A stretch of 64,000 nucleotides of DNA from Candidatus Magasanikiibacteriota bacterium (lineage in GTDB: Bacteria > Patescibacteriota > Patescibacteriia > Magasanikbacterales > UBA922): positions 24,802 to 88,801 of the forward strand of contig JBAQFA010000009.1 of assembly GCA_049287025.1 (NCBI GenBank), read 5' to 3'. Position numbers and translations under genes: made by a program. The notes beneath the pieces were generated by a model that did no database searches, was not told where the DNA came from, and saw only the letters and a program-made list of their open reading frames with translations. This document shows, in pieces, positions 29,516 through 37,204 of this stretch (the stretch's first letter is position 1; each line of letters begins with the position of its first letter).

Positions 29516-30103
29516 ATGCGTACAATGTTAGTCGCGTTGCTGTCGCTGGTGCTGTTTTCAAGTATTGCTCAGGCCGAAACCTACAACACCAGGTTGCTCC
29601 TGCACGGTCACAAGACCGTCGGTGAGGGATTCGGAGTCGCGGGTTGGGTGATTGCGCCCAACATCACAAGCGTACCGAACAAGTGGGTAACCCTCGTCGG
29701 CCCGTGCTACGATGGACAGGGGTGGGGTGTAGAATTGTTGGCAGGAGCGGTTGTTTCTGGTGGCGAGAGCAAGTTTCTTGTAGATGTCAGAATAACGTTC
29801 ACTCCAAAATTCTTCGGCATCCCCTTGAACACCTGGCACAACTTCCAGTGGATTCGAACCGGAGGCTCTGGCACGGGTTACTGGTATGGACAGGTTGACT
29901 GGGTGTTGCCACTCGGACTTGGACTTCTCGGTACAGAAACCGAGAACACGTTCAACGTGAGTGGCAATGACTGGTCAGTCGCGCCTCACGTCGTGATCTC
30001 TTTCGGTGATCACTTCGCGCTAGTGTTCGCTCCACAAGCTCATTTCAATGCACGTGGCTACACTGGCACGCAAGCGTGGGTTCGTACGGTCGTGAGTCAC
30101 TAG
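29516..30103 (+). CDS. GC-rich secreted hypothetical protein (cassette A)
   Basis: RBS aaggagg; signal peptide MRTMLVALLSLVLFSSIAQA; about 58% GC versus about 33% background. Confidence 0.6.
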   Translation: MRTMLVALLSLVLFSSIAQAETYNTRLLLHGHKTVGEGFGVAGWVIAPNITSVPNKWVTLVGPCYDGQGWGVELLAGAVVSGGESKFLVDVRITFTPKFFGIPLNTWHNFQWIRTGGSGTGYWYGQVDWVLPLGLGLLGTETENTFNVSGNDWSVAPHVVISFGDHFALVFAPQAHFNARGYTGTQAWVRTVVSH

Positions 30104-30175
30104 TCGTTCTTTTATAGGGGGGAGGACTTACTTGAGACTAGTCATCTCACGTGGACCGGCACGTAAAAATCCGGG

Positions 30176-30235
30176 ATTCTAGTTAGTACTAAGTAGATAT
30201 CAAAAAACCACGCCTCATCGGCGGGTTTTTTGTTT
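30176..30235 (+). repeat. About 60-bp direct repeat (copy 1) containing terminator, 3' of cassette A and abutting TrmB paralog B
   Basis: attctagttagtactaagtagatatcaaaaaaccacgcctcatcggcgggttttttgttt; second copy at 31849-31909. Confidence 0.7.
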
Positions 30236-30254
30236 ACTTTGGGTAATTTATGAT

Positions 30255-31049
30255 TTATTTTTTCTTTTTGGCAAGTTGAGAGAGTGGTACGGCCGTATTC
30301 CAAGCTAGTTCATATAGCGCTTTTAGAATTTTTACCAAAGATGTACTTTCTATCATTACACCAATTTTGTGTGGTTTATGAGTGACGAAGACAATTTTTG
30401 ATTCAAAAATATTAATTTCACCAAAAAAGTCCTCAATTCCTGGTAGTTGATTAGGTTTAAGCCATTTAATATGAGTATAAGTCATTGATCCTTTATAATT
30501 CGTCATCCAAGTTCTAGCTGTAGGTGTATCCAAAGCAATAATACGTTCATGAATTTTACGTTTACTGCGTTCACGATTATAGCCTTCACCCCAAGTTTTG
30601 AATTCCGGCCAACTCCAGCCTTCAAAATCGGCAATAGAAAGAATTTCGGTTTTTGAATCTAAGCTCTCCCAATAAATATTTTTTAAACCCTGGGTACCTT
30701 CTTGATATTTGATAACTGGCTTTTCGGCAAACTTATAAATCGAAAATAATTTTGGTAAAACTTTTTCTACATTTAATAATTTATCTTCCCATTGCTTTTT
30801 TTTGTTTTTAATATGTTGAACCAGACGCCCTGGATTTTCCGAAGTATAAATCATTTTCGATCCTTTGCCAGTCGCGCGATCTACCAAACCATACCAACCT
30901 AACTTTTCCAAAGCATAATAACCAAGCGTTCGGTTGATACCAGCTTTTTTGGTTATCTCGGCTACAGTAGCAGGACCAAGTTCGAGCAAGGCTAAATATA
31001 CTTTGCCTTCGGTTTCATCTAAACCTAATTGACTGATTAAATCTTTCAT
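30255..31049 (-). CDS. TrmB-family wHTH transcriptional regulator (paralog B)
   Basis: GKVYLALLELGPATVAEITKKAGINRTLGYYALEKLGWYGLV; about 50% identical to paralog C. Confidence 0.75.
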   Translation of the reverse strand: MKDLISQLGLDETEGKVYLALLELGPATVAEITKKAGINRTLGYYALEKLGWYGLVDRATGKGSKMIYTSENPGRLVQHIKNKKKQWEDKLLNVEKVLPKLFSIYKFAEKPVIKYQEGTQGLKNIYWESLDSKTEILSIADFEGWSWPEFKTWGEGYNRERSKRKIHERIIALDTPTARTWMTNYKGSMTYTHIKWLKPNQLPGIEDFFGEINIFESKIVFVTHKPHKIGVMIESTSLVKILKALYELAWNTAVPLSQLAKKKK

Positions 31050-31301
31050 GTTTTTATTCTACTATATATTTGGAAATGTGTCAAATCTATTTAACAGAAA
31101 ATTATTTATATAGCAAAATACTTTATAATTAGCCAAATATTAATAATTAACTAATAAAACAATATTGACAGTTATTGTAAAATGTGGAATAATAAGTAGT
31201 TCTAGAATGAAAATTCTGGAACCAAATTGATTGGGAGTGTCTGAACACTCTGTATATATGGTCTGGCGTTCTTTACACACGTGCTAGTTGGAGGGAACAT
31301 C

Positions 31302-31727
31302 ATGAAAAGGTGCATCAAGGCTCCGGGAATTAACGCTTTCAGTGGCGAGGGTGAAGTGGGGAAGTTAGAAGATGTCCCCGGAAAACAAGGTTGCCTTCCA
31401 TTTGATCCTAGTCCGGCCGTAGGGGGTTGGATGAAGGACGACAATTGTAAAGTGGAGGCACCACCAGAGGGGTGCACGCTCGAAGTGCCCGAAACGATCC
31501 TATGCCCCAATGGAAAAAACATCCCAGCTGGAAAGTACAAGGTGGGAAAACTGCCTGATGACAAGATTCTGCATCGCTATCATGATCACGTTCTGCCCCT
31601 CACCGATGAGAAGGGGGTCACCCGGCATTATTGCATTGAAAGTTCCGGTAGGCATGTCGACTGGTCGGGATGCGTCTGCATCTTGATTCGTGTGGAGACG
31701 CGCGAAGAGCGACTGCTGATTCAGTAG
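31302..31727 (+). CDS. GC-rich Cys-rich small protein (cassette B)
   Basis: RBS ggaggga before ATG 31302 (track start 31281); 10 Cys in 141 aa. Confidence 0.55.
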   Translation: MKRCIKAPGINAFSGEGEVGKLEDVPGKQGCLPFDPSPAVGGWMKDDNCKVEAPPEGCTLEVPETILCPNGKNIPAGKYKVGKLPDDKILHRYHDHVLPLTDEKGVTRHYCIESSGRHVDWSGCVCILIRVETREERLLIQ

Positions 31728-31747
31728 CCATAAATTAAGGGGGGCAA

Positions 31748-31818
31748 GACGTAGTCTGGATTCGTCAACCAGTCCACCTGCCGGAGAGGTAGGCGTAGGC
31801 CGGCGCGTGAGCTCGGCA
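31748..31818 (+). repeat. Cassette 3' element: AGACGTARTCTGRATTCGTCAAYCA ... core GCGTAGGCCGGCGCGTGAGCTCGGCA
   Basis: Core at 31793-31818; 21 nt after the stop of cassette B ORF; four more copies in the window. Confidence 0.8.
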
Positions 31819-31848
31819 CCGTGCGCCCGACACATTCAAAACGGGCAA

Positions 31849-31909
31849 ATTCTAGTTAGTACTAAGTAGATAACAAAAAACCACGCCCTATCAGCGCGGT
31901 TTTTTGTTT
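31849..31909 (+). repeat. About 60-bp direct repeat (copy 2) with terminator, abutting TrmB paralog C
   Basis: aattctagttagtactaagtagataacaaaaaaccacgccctatcagcgcggttttttgttt. Confidence 0.7.
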
Positions 31910-31928
31910 GTTTTGAATAATTTATAAA

Positions 31929-32732
31929 TTATTTTTTCTTTTTACTAGTTTTAGCAAGCGGTGTAGCTGTAATCCACGCCAGTTCAAAAATCGCTTTTAA
32001 AATATTAGATAAAGCCGTGCTTTCTATAATTATGCCAATAGGGATTGGTTTCTTGAATAAAGCCATCATTACTTTATTATCATAAATATTAATTTCACCA
32101 CCTAAATCTTTGATAGTTGGTACTTGTTCGGGTTTTATCCAGCGATAATTAATATATTTTTTTGATCCTTGATAATGTTTCATCCAATCTCTTCCTTCGG
32201 GTGTATCTAAAACCAAAACGCGTTCAGAAATTTTTCTTTTACTACGTTCGCGGGTATATTCTTTGCCCCATTTAAAAAGATTAAACTCTGGTGTATACCA
32301 AGCTTGCAAATCCAAGACTGATAAAATTTCTGATTTGGCTTCTAAAGTTTCCCAATAAATATTTTTGGCACCCTCAACACCTTCTTGAAATCTAACGCTG
32401 GGTTTTTCGGCCACGGTATAGAGTAAATAAAAATCTGGCAATTGTGATTCTAATTCTTTTTCTTTTCTTTCCCAAGTATTAATTTTTGATTTTACAAAAT
32501 GTTTTAAATTTTTGGGATCTTTGGCTACAAATTGAATGCGTTTCTTTTGTCCAGAAGAACGATTGACTAGGCCAAACCAACCAAGTTTTTCTAGGGCATG
32601 ATAACAAAGGGTGTGACCAATGCCAGCTTTGCGGGCAATGGCGCTGGCGCCAGAAGGTCCAAGTTGTAAAAGGGCAATATAGACTTTGGCTTCTGTTTCT
32701 TCAAAGCCAATGCTTTTAAGAATTTCTAACAT
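31929..32732 (-). CDS. TrmB-family wHTH transcriptional regulator (paralog C)
   Basis: AKVYIALLQLGPSGASAIARKAGIGHTLCYHALEKLGWFGLV; ends KKKK like paralog B. Confidence 0.75.
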   Translation of the reverse strand: MLEILKSIGFEETEAKVYIALLQLGPSGASAIARKAGIGHTLCYHALEKLGWFGLVNRSSGQKKRIQFVAKDPKNLKHFVKSKINTWERKEKELESQLPDFYLLYTVAEKPSVRFQEGVEGAKNIYWETLEAKSEILSVLDLQAWYTPEFNLFKWGKEYTRERSKRKISERVLVLDTPEGRDWMKHYQGSKKYINYRWIKPEQVPTIKDLGGEINIYDNKVMMALFKKPIPIGIIIESTALSNILKAIFELAWITATPLAKTSKKKK

Positions 32733-32963
32733 AGAATTTTATTTTAGAATTTATTAGATATATTTATTATAACACAAAAATAAATTTATTTCAATATCAA
32801 ATTGAAAATAATTACTAGATTGTAAATTTTTATTTAAAATAAGCCAAAAATGGTTTATTTATTTTAAATTGAGTATTGACATACTCCATAATCTAATGCA
32901 TAATTACTTGTTCTGACGATCGAGGATTGGCCTTGAGAGTTGGACGCTAACTGGGAGGGCATC

Positions 32964-33311
32964 ATGGCCGAAGAGCACGAGGTACGGTGTGATAACTGCG
33001 CCCACCACCACGTAGGAAGCGGGGGTTGTTTCGGCAAAGTAGAGAGCAGGTTCCCCATGTACGATTTTCATAGAGGAGTAAAATACTGCATGTGGGGGGG
33101 GACCCCCAGCCGAATTGTGACCTTTTCTAGATTGAAGGGGTGCCCGCTGGGTGTGGAGTTTGTGCCACTCCGCTGGTGTGGTACCTGTGGCAACTTGGTC
33201 CAAACGGACCAAGGGTGTGCTCACCGGTTGGAGGGTTGCGAGGACCCCAGCTACAGGTGCTGGAAGATTCACCCCGACCTCAAGGAGGGTATGAGACAAC
33301 AGTACCTCTAG
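32964..33311 (+). CDS. GC-rich Cys/His-rich small protein (cassette C1), putative zinc-binding
   Basis: sigma70-like promoter ttgaca-17-cataat at 32876-32904; RBS gggaggg; CDNCAHHH...CxxC motifs. Confidence 0.55.
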   Translation: MAEEHEVRCDNCAHHHVGSGGCFGKVESRFPMYDFHRGVKYCMWGGTPSRIVTFSRLKGCPLGVEFVPLRWCGTCGNLVQTDQGCAHRLEGCEDPSYRCWKIHPDLKEGMRQQYL

Positions 33312-33335
33312 ACTACCCACCTATGGGTTAAACAG

Positions 33336-33444
33336 GCGTAGGCCGACGCGTGAGCTCGGCATTCCATTTTTGTCCAAAATATTATTTTTTGCATAAAGAT
33401 GGAGGCGCTCTTTAAAAACAAACAATCCGCACTGGTGGTGTTGG
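33336..33444 (+). repeat. Cassette 3' core motif (33336-33361) plus about 85-bp conserved leader repeat
   Basis: gcgtaggccgacgcgtgagctcggca + attccatttttgt...ataaagatgg...cgctctttaaaaacaaacaa...cactggtggtgttggttg; near-identical to 34186-34292. Confidence 0.8.
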
Positions 33445-33480
33445 TTGAAGAGATATAGTTCTGACTTAACGGAGGCTAGA

Positions 33481-34149
33481 ATGGGATACGACCCAAACCA
33501 AATGGCCCAAAGGTATTTGAGGGTCGACTGGGCCGACGTGAAGGGCTATGCCGCTTACGCGGTAGAGTCCACGTTCGGGGACCAAGTACCACCACCCATA
33601 AAAAGGAGACTCGAGGTATTGGACGGTATAAGGGACAAGGAAGGTCCCGAAGCCGCCTGTCTCGAGGCAGCAAGGATCGAATGTGAATGCCAAGTCGTTC
33701 AGGAGAAAAGAACTGAACGACGGCAGTGGAGAACGGGAGACGACCCATACAAATATGGGTCTTCGTTCTCTTCGAAGTTTGTCATCATAGATTATAATGG
33801 TGAAAAAAGATTCTACATCGCTCATAATTGGCATATGCAGGCCGTTTTCGTTTTCGCCAAAATTCTGGTGGATAGAAATAAAAAAGTCGATTTTCACGTT
33901 CTGGGTGGGGGGTGGTTCCGTGCTAATCATCCCCTAACTGTTGGCGGTTTTAGCGGTGATTTTAGCTCGTTCAAAATCTCTGACTTGAGTGAGGCGTTGG
34001 GTGGGCTTGAATTCACCGACAAAGATCCCGGTGATTGGCGCACGAATTCCATGCGTGCCACCCATATTGATTGGGCTTTTATCGAAAAAGCCCGTGACTC
34101 CTCTGAGAAATACAGGGAGGTATGGAAACGGATCTTTGAGGAGGAATAA
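33481..34149 (+). CDS. GC-rich hypothetical protein (cassette C2)
   Basis: RBS ggaggct + ATG 33481 (track used TTG 33445); 222 aa; about 50% GC. Confidence 0.55.
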   Translation: MGYDPNQMAQRYLRVDWADVKGYAAYAVESTFGDQVPPPIKRRLEVLDGIRDKEGPEAACLEAARIECECQVVQEKRTERRQWRTGDDPYKYGSSFSSKFVIIDYNGEKRFYIAHNWHMQAVFVFAKILVDRNKKVDFHVLGGGWFRANHPLTVGGFSGDFSSFKISDLSEALGGLEFTDKDPGDWRTNSMRATHIDWAFIEKARDSSEKYREVWKRIFEEE

Positions 34150-34150
34150 T

Positions 34151-34292
34151 AGACGTAATCTGATTTCGTCAATCAGCGTAGGCCGGCGCGTTAGCTCGGC
34201 ATTCCATCTTTGTATAAAAATAATTTTATATAAAGATGGTTGTCGCTCTTTAAAAACAAACAACTAACACTGGTGGTGTTGGTTGGTGATAT
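34151..34292 (+). repeat. Cassette 3' element (core 34186-34211) plus leader repeat, second copy
   Basis: agacgtaatctgatttcgtcaatca gcgtaggccggcgcgttagctcggca + attccatctttgt...cactggtggtgttggttg. Confidence 0.8.
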
Positions 34293-34339
34293 ATAAAAAG
34301 GACTGGTGGCGGACACAACCCTTGGAGAAGGAGTTGAAA

Positions 34340-34759
34340 ATGAGTACTGTCAAGATACTCATCATCGACGACGGTGATGAGAAAGTCGATCGACTGAAAG
34401 GTTATGATCGACTTGGCCACCTCCATGGTGTGGAGGTGGTACGCCGATGGAATTTTAATTCGGCTCTTAAGGAAGGGCCGTACGCGTTTAATGATTTGGA
34501 GCAAACAAAGTTTGACGTGATTATTTTGGACTTTACACTGCCAATGGACAGATTCGGTCATGAGATCTTGGATAAAATTAGACACAGTCCCAGGTTTATT
34601 ATTAACGAAAGAACGGTAGTAATTGGCATTTCCACAGAGTGGAAACGTCTATTACAATATGATTTCGGTTTGAATCTTGCGATCTACAAGGAGGAAACGA
34701 TGGCTGACGAACTGGAAACAGCCATCAAGTCCTTCGTCGCCACTGGCAAAGTCAAATAA
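34340..34759 (+). CDS. Orphan CheY-like response-regulator receiver domain protein (cassette C3)
   Basis: RBS gagaaggag + ATG 34340. KILIIDDGDE...DVIILDFTLP matches the REC-domain acidic pocket and phospho-acceptor Asp. No output domain. Confidence 0.55.
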   Translation: MSTVKILIIDDGDEKVDRLKGYDRLGHLHGVEVVRRWNFNSALKEGPYAFNDLEQTKFDVIILDFTLPMDRFGHEILDKIRHSPRFIINERTVVIGISTEWKRLLQYDFGLNLAIYKEETMADELETAIKSFVATGKVK

Positions 34760-34780
34760 TTTGGGGAGGGAAAGACGAAG

Positions 34781-34824
34781 CTTGGGATTTGTCACCCAAC
34801 GTAGGCCGGCGCGTGAGCTCGGCA
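34781..34824 (+). repeat. Cassette 3' element, fourth + strand copy
   Basis: agacgaagcttgggatttgtcacccaa cgtaggccggcgcgtgagctcggca, 22 nt after stop of C3. Confidence 0.75.
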
Positions 34825-34959
34825 ATCTCCTTTTTCGCGAAAGAAAGAGCAAAAAAGATCCAGTAAAACTGGGCTTTTTTGTTTGTGGATAAAATAGTTG
34901 ACAATGTGTCTAATATCGTGTATAGTATATAATATATTATAAACTATATACTATAAACT

Positions 34960-35460
34960 ATGAAAACAGACACTACTGACAAAATTTTAGAGTATATTAA
35001 AGAAAAAGGACAGGTTAAACCAAAAGATATAATTAATTATATTGGTTTTGGTGCGCCTGCTGTTTTTAGACAATTAAAAAAACTCATAAGTGAAGGTAAG
35101 ATAGAAAAAAGTGGCACTCCACCAATGGTTTATTATCATTTTCCGATTGACATAAAAGATATAGAGGTTAACGAAAAGAAAATTTTTGATATAAAAATAA
35201 ATTTAAAAGAATTTGGTATTCATCTTTCAGATAGAGAATCAGCCAAAAGATCGTTATTGTTTATTAAGATGAGGTATAAGAAAATTATTGATAATGTCAA
35301 TAAAATTGAAATTAATTTTGAGGATATAAAAGTACTAGGACCTGGCTGGGCTGACGAATTTATTTCTAATTTATCAAAAGAGTATCCAGGAAAGATAGTT
35401 TTGTTGCCTAGTAATAATGCTAGCATAAAAGCTTCGTTACAATTTATTAATATAAAATAA
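34960..35460 (+). CDS. wHTH DNA-binding protein with C-terminal STAS-like (DUF4325-type) domain
   Basis: N-terminus ILEYIKEKGQVKPKDIINYIGFGAPAVFRQLKKLISEGKI; C-terminus KIEINFEDIKVLGPGWADEFISNL. Confidence 0.45.
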   Translation: MKTDTTDKILEYIKEKGQVKPKDIINYIGFGAPAVFRQLKKLISEGKIEKSGTPPMVYYHFPIDIKDIEVNEKKIFDIKINLKEFGIHLSDRESAKRSLLFIKMRYKKIIDNVNKIEINFEDIKVLGPGWADEFISNLSKEYPGKIVLLPSNNASIKASLQFINIK

Positions 35461-35484
35461 TTTAACATAATTAATTGTTATTTT

Positions 35485-35799
35485 ATGAGCATTGTTTTTC
35501 TTGATGATGATGTGGAAAATTTTATTTATAGTCTAGAAAATAAAACAAAAGCTAAGGTTTTGCGAACGTTGGATTTGCTAGAAGAGTTTGGTTATAATCT
35601 GGGCATGCCACATACAAAAAAGATTAAAAATAATCTTTTTGAATTGAGAGTATTGGGTAGAAATCAGGTGCGATTATTTTATACATTTTTAAAACCAAAT
35701 ATAATTGTTTTGTGTGGCTTTAGAAAGAAGACTCAGAAAATTCCTAGTCATGAATTGGAGAAAGCCCTGCATAAATTAAAGTTGCTTGACAAGATATAA
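35485..35799 (+). CDS. higB: Type II toxin, RelE/HigB (Gp49-like) family
   Basis: 104 aa; ...ELRVLGRNQVRLFYTFLKPNIIVLCGFRKKTQKIP; immediately upstream of XRE-HTH partner. Confidence 0.6.
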   Translation: MSIVFLDDDVENFIYSLENKTKAKVLRTLDLLEEFGYNLGMPHTKKIKNNLFELRVLGRNQVRLFYTFLKPNIIVLCGFRKKTQKIPSHELEKALHKLKLLDKI

Positions 35800-35822
35800 C
35801 ATATATGTTATATTATAAATGT

Positions 35823-36095
35823 ATGAAAAATTACAATAAAATTAAATCAGAAATATTAAAAGACCCTAAGTTCAAAAAAGTCTATGACGATCTTGAGCCA
35901 GAATTTGAATTGGCTCGGCAAATTATTAAAAAGCGTTTGGAATTAGGTTGGTCTCAGTCAGAATTGGCTAGAAAAATGGGTACCAAGCAGTCGGCTATTG
36001 CCAGGTTGGAGTCTGGCGGATATAATCCAAGTATGGCTTTTTTGCAAAAAACAGTTAAGGCATTAAAGGCCGATTTACAGATAATTATTAGTTAA
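35823..36095 (+). CDS. higA: XRE-family HTH antitoxin (HigA-like)
   Basis: LARQIIKKRLELGWSQSELARKMGTKQSAIARLESG; track start 35805; ATG at 35823 likely. Confidence 0.6.
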   Translation: MKNYNKIKSEILKDPKFKKVYDDLEPEFELARQIIKKRLELGWSQSELARKMGTKQSAIARLESGGYNPSMAFLQKTVKALKADLQIIIS

Positions 36096-36098
36096 ATT

Positions 36099-37187
36099 AT
36101 GCAAAATACATTACTTATAATCCTGGCTTTTTTATTACTCGGAGCCATTGCTCTAATATTTTTGTTATACAGAAAAATGGAAAAAGTTGGTCAGCCAAAA
36201 GAAGGTGAACAAAATATGTTCTTACTTTTGCAACAACAAATGCAAGAGCTGAACAAAACCATGGATCAGAAAATGTCTGACACTCACAAGGTCTTGGGAG
36301 AAAATCAGTTGAATATAAATAAAACAATGCAGACCCAATTTGCCCAAAGTAGCAAAATCATTACTGATATCACAGAAAAATTAACTAGTCTAGATAAAAC
36401 TAATCAACAAGTGATTGGATTTTCGGCACAACTATCAAATTTGGAAAAAGTTTTGAAATCACAAAAGCAAAGAGGAAATTTAGGTGAGGCAGGATTAAAA
36501 ATGGTTTTGGAAAATATGATGCCACCAGGCAGTTTTCAACTGCAATATGAATTTCCCGATGGTGATACAGTTGATGCCCTGATAATAACCAAGGAAGGGA
36601 ATATTCCAATAGATGCTAAGTTTTCTTTGGAAAATTATCAACGACTGATAGATTTGGTGGATGAATCTCAACGTGAAAAATTGGAAACAGAATTTAAAAA
36701 TGATTTGAAAAAAAGAATTGATGAAACTTCTAAATATATTAAACCAAAAGATGGCACTTTGGAATTTGCATTTATGTTTATCCCGAGTGAAGCCATATAT
36801 TATGACTTACTTGTTAATGAAGTGGGGGCGGTAAAAGTAAATACGCGAAATTTAATTGATTATGCTTTTAATGAACGCAAGGTCATTATTGTTTCACCCA
36901 CAACTTTTGCTGCTTATCTCCAAACAGTCTTACAAGGTCTGCGGGCTTTCAAAATAGAAGAAGGAGCCAAGGAAATTAAAAAGAATGTAGAAGTCTTAGG
37001 CAAGCATTTACTGGCTTATGAAGATTTTATGAAGAAATTGGGTGTAAGCATGACCACGACAGTTAATCATTATAATACGGCTTATAAAGAATTGGGGAAG
37101 ATTGACAAAGACGTGGTGAGGATTACTGAGGGTGAGAAAAAGATGGAGCCAGTATTACTTGATAAACCAAAGATTGAAAATGATTAA
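36099..37187 (+). CDS. rmuC: DNA recombination protein RmuC
   Basis: N-terminal TM, long coiled-coil, C-terminal RmuC nuclease-like domain (FMFIPSEAIYYDLL). Confidence 0.75.
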   Translation: MQNTLLIILAFLLLGAIALIFLLYRKMEKVGQPKEGEQNMFLLLQQQMQELNKTMDQKMSDTHKVLGENQLNINKTMQTQFAQSSKIITDITEKLTSLDKTNQQVIGFSAQLSNLEKVLKSQKQRGNLGEAGLKMVLENMMPPGSFQLQYEFPDGDTVDALIITKEGNIPIDAKFSLENYQRLIDLVDESQREKLETEFKNDLKKRIDETSKYIKPKDGTLEFAFMFIPSEAIYYDLLVNEVGAVKVNTRNLIDYAFNERKVIIVSPTTFAAYLQTVLQGLRAFKIEEGAKEIKKNVEVLGKHLLAYEDFMKKLGVSMTTTVNHYNTAYKELGKIDKDVVRITEGEKKMEPVLLDKPKIEND

Positions 37188-37204
37188 TATTTAATTAATT
37201 TTTT

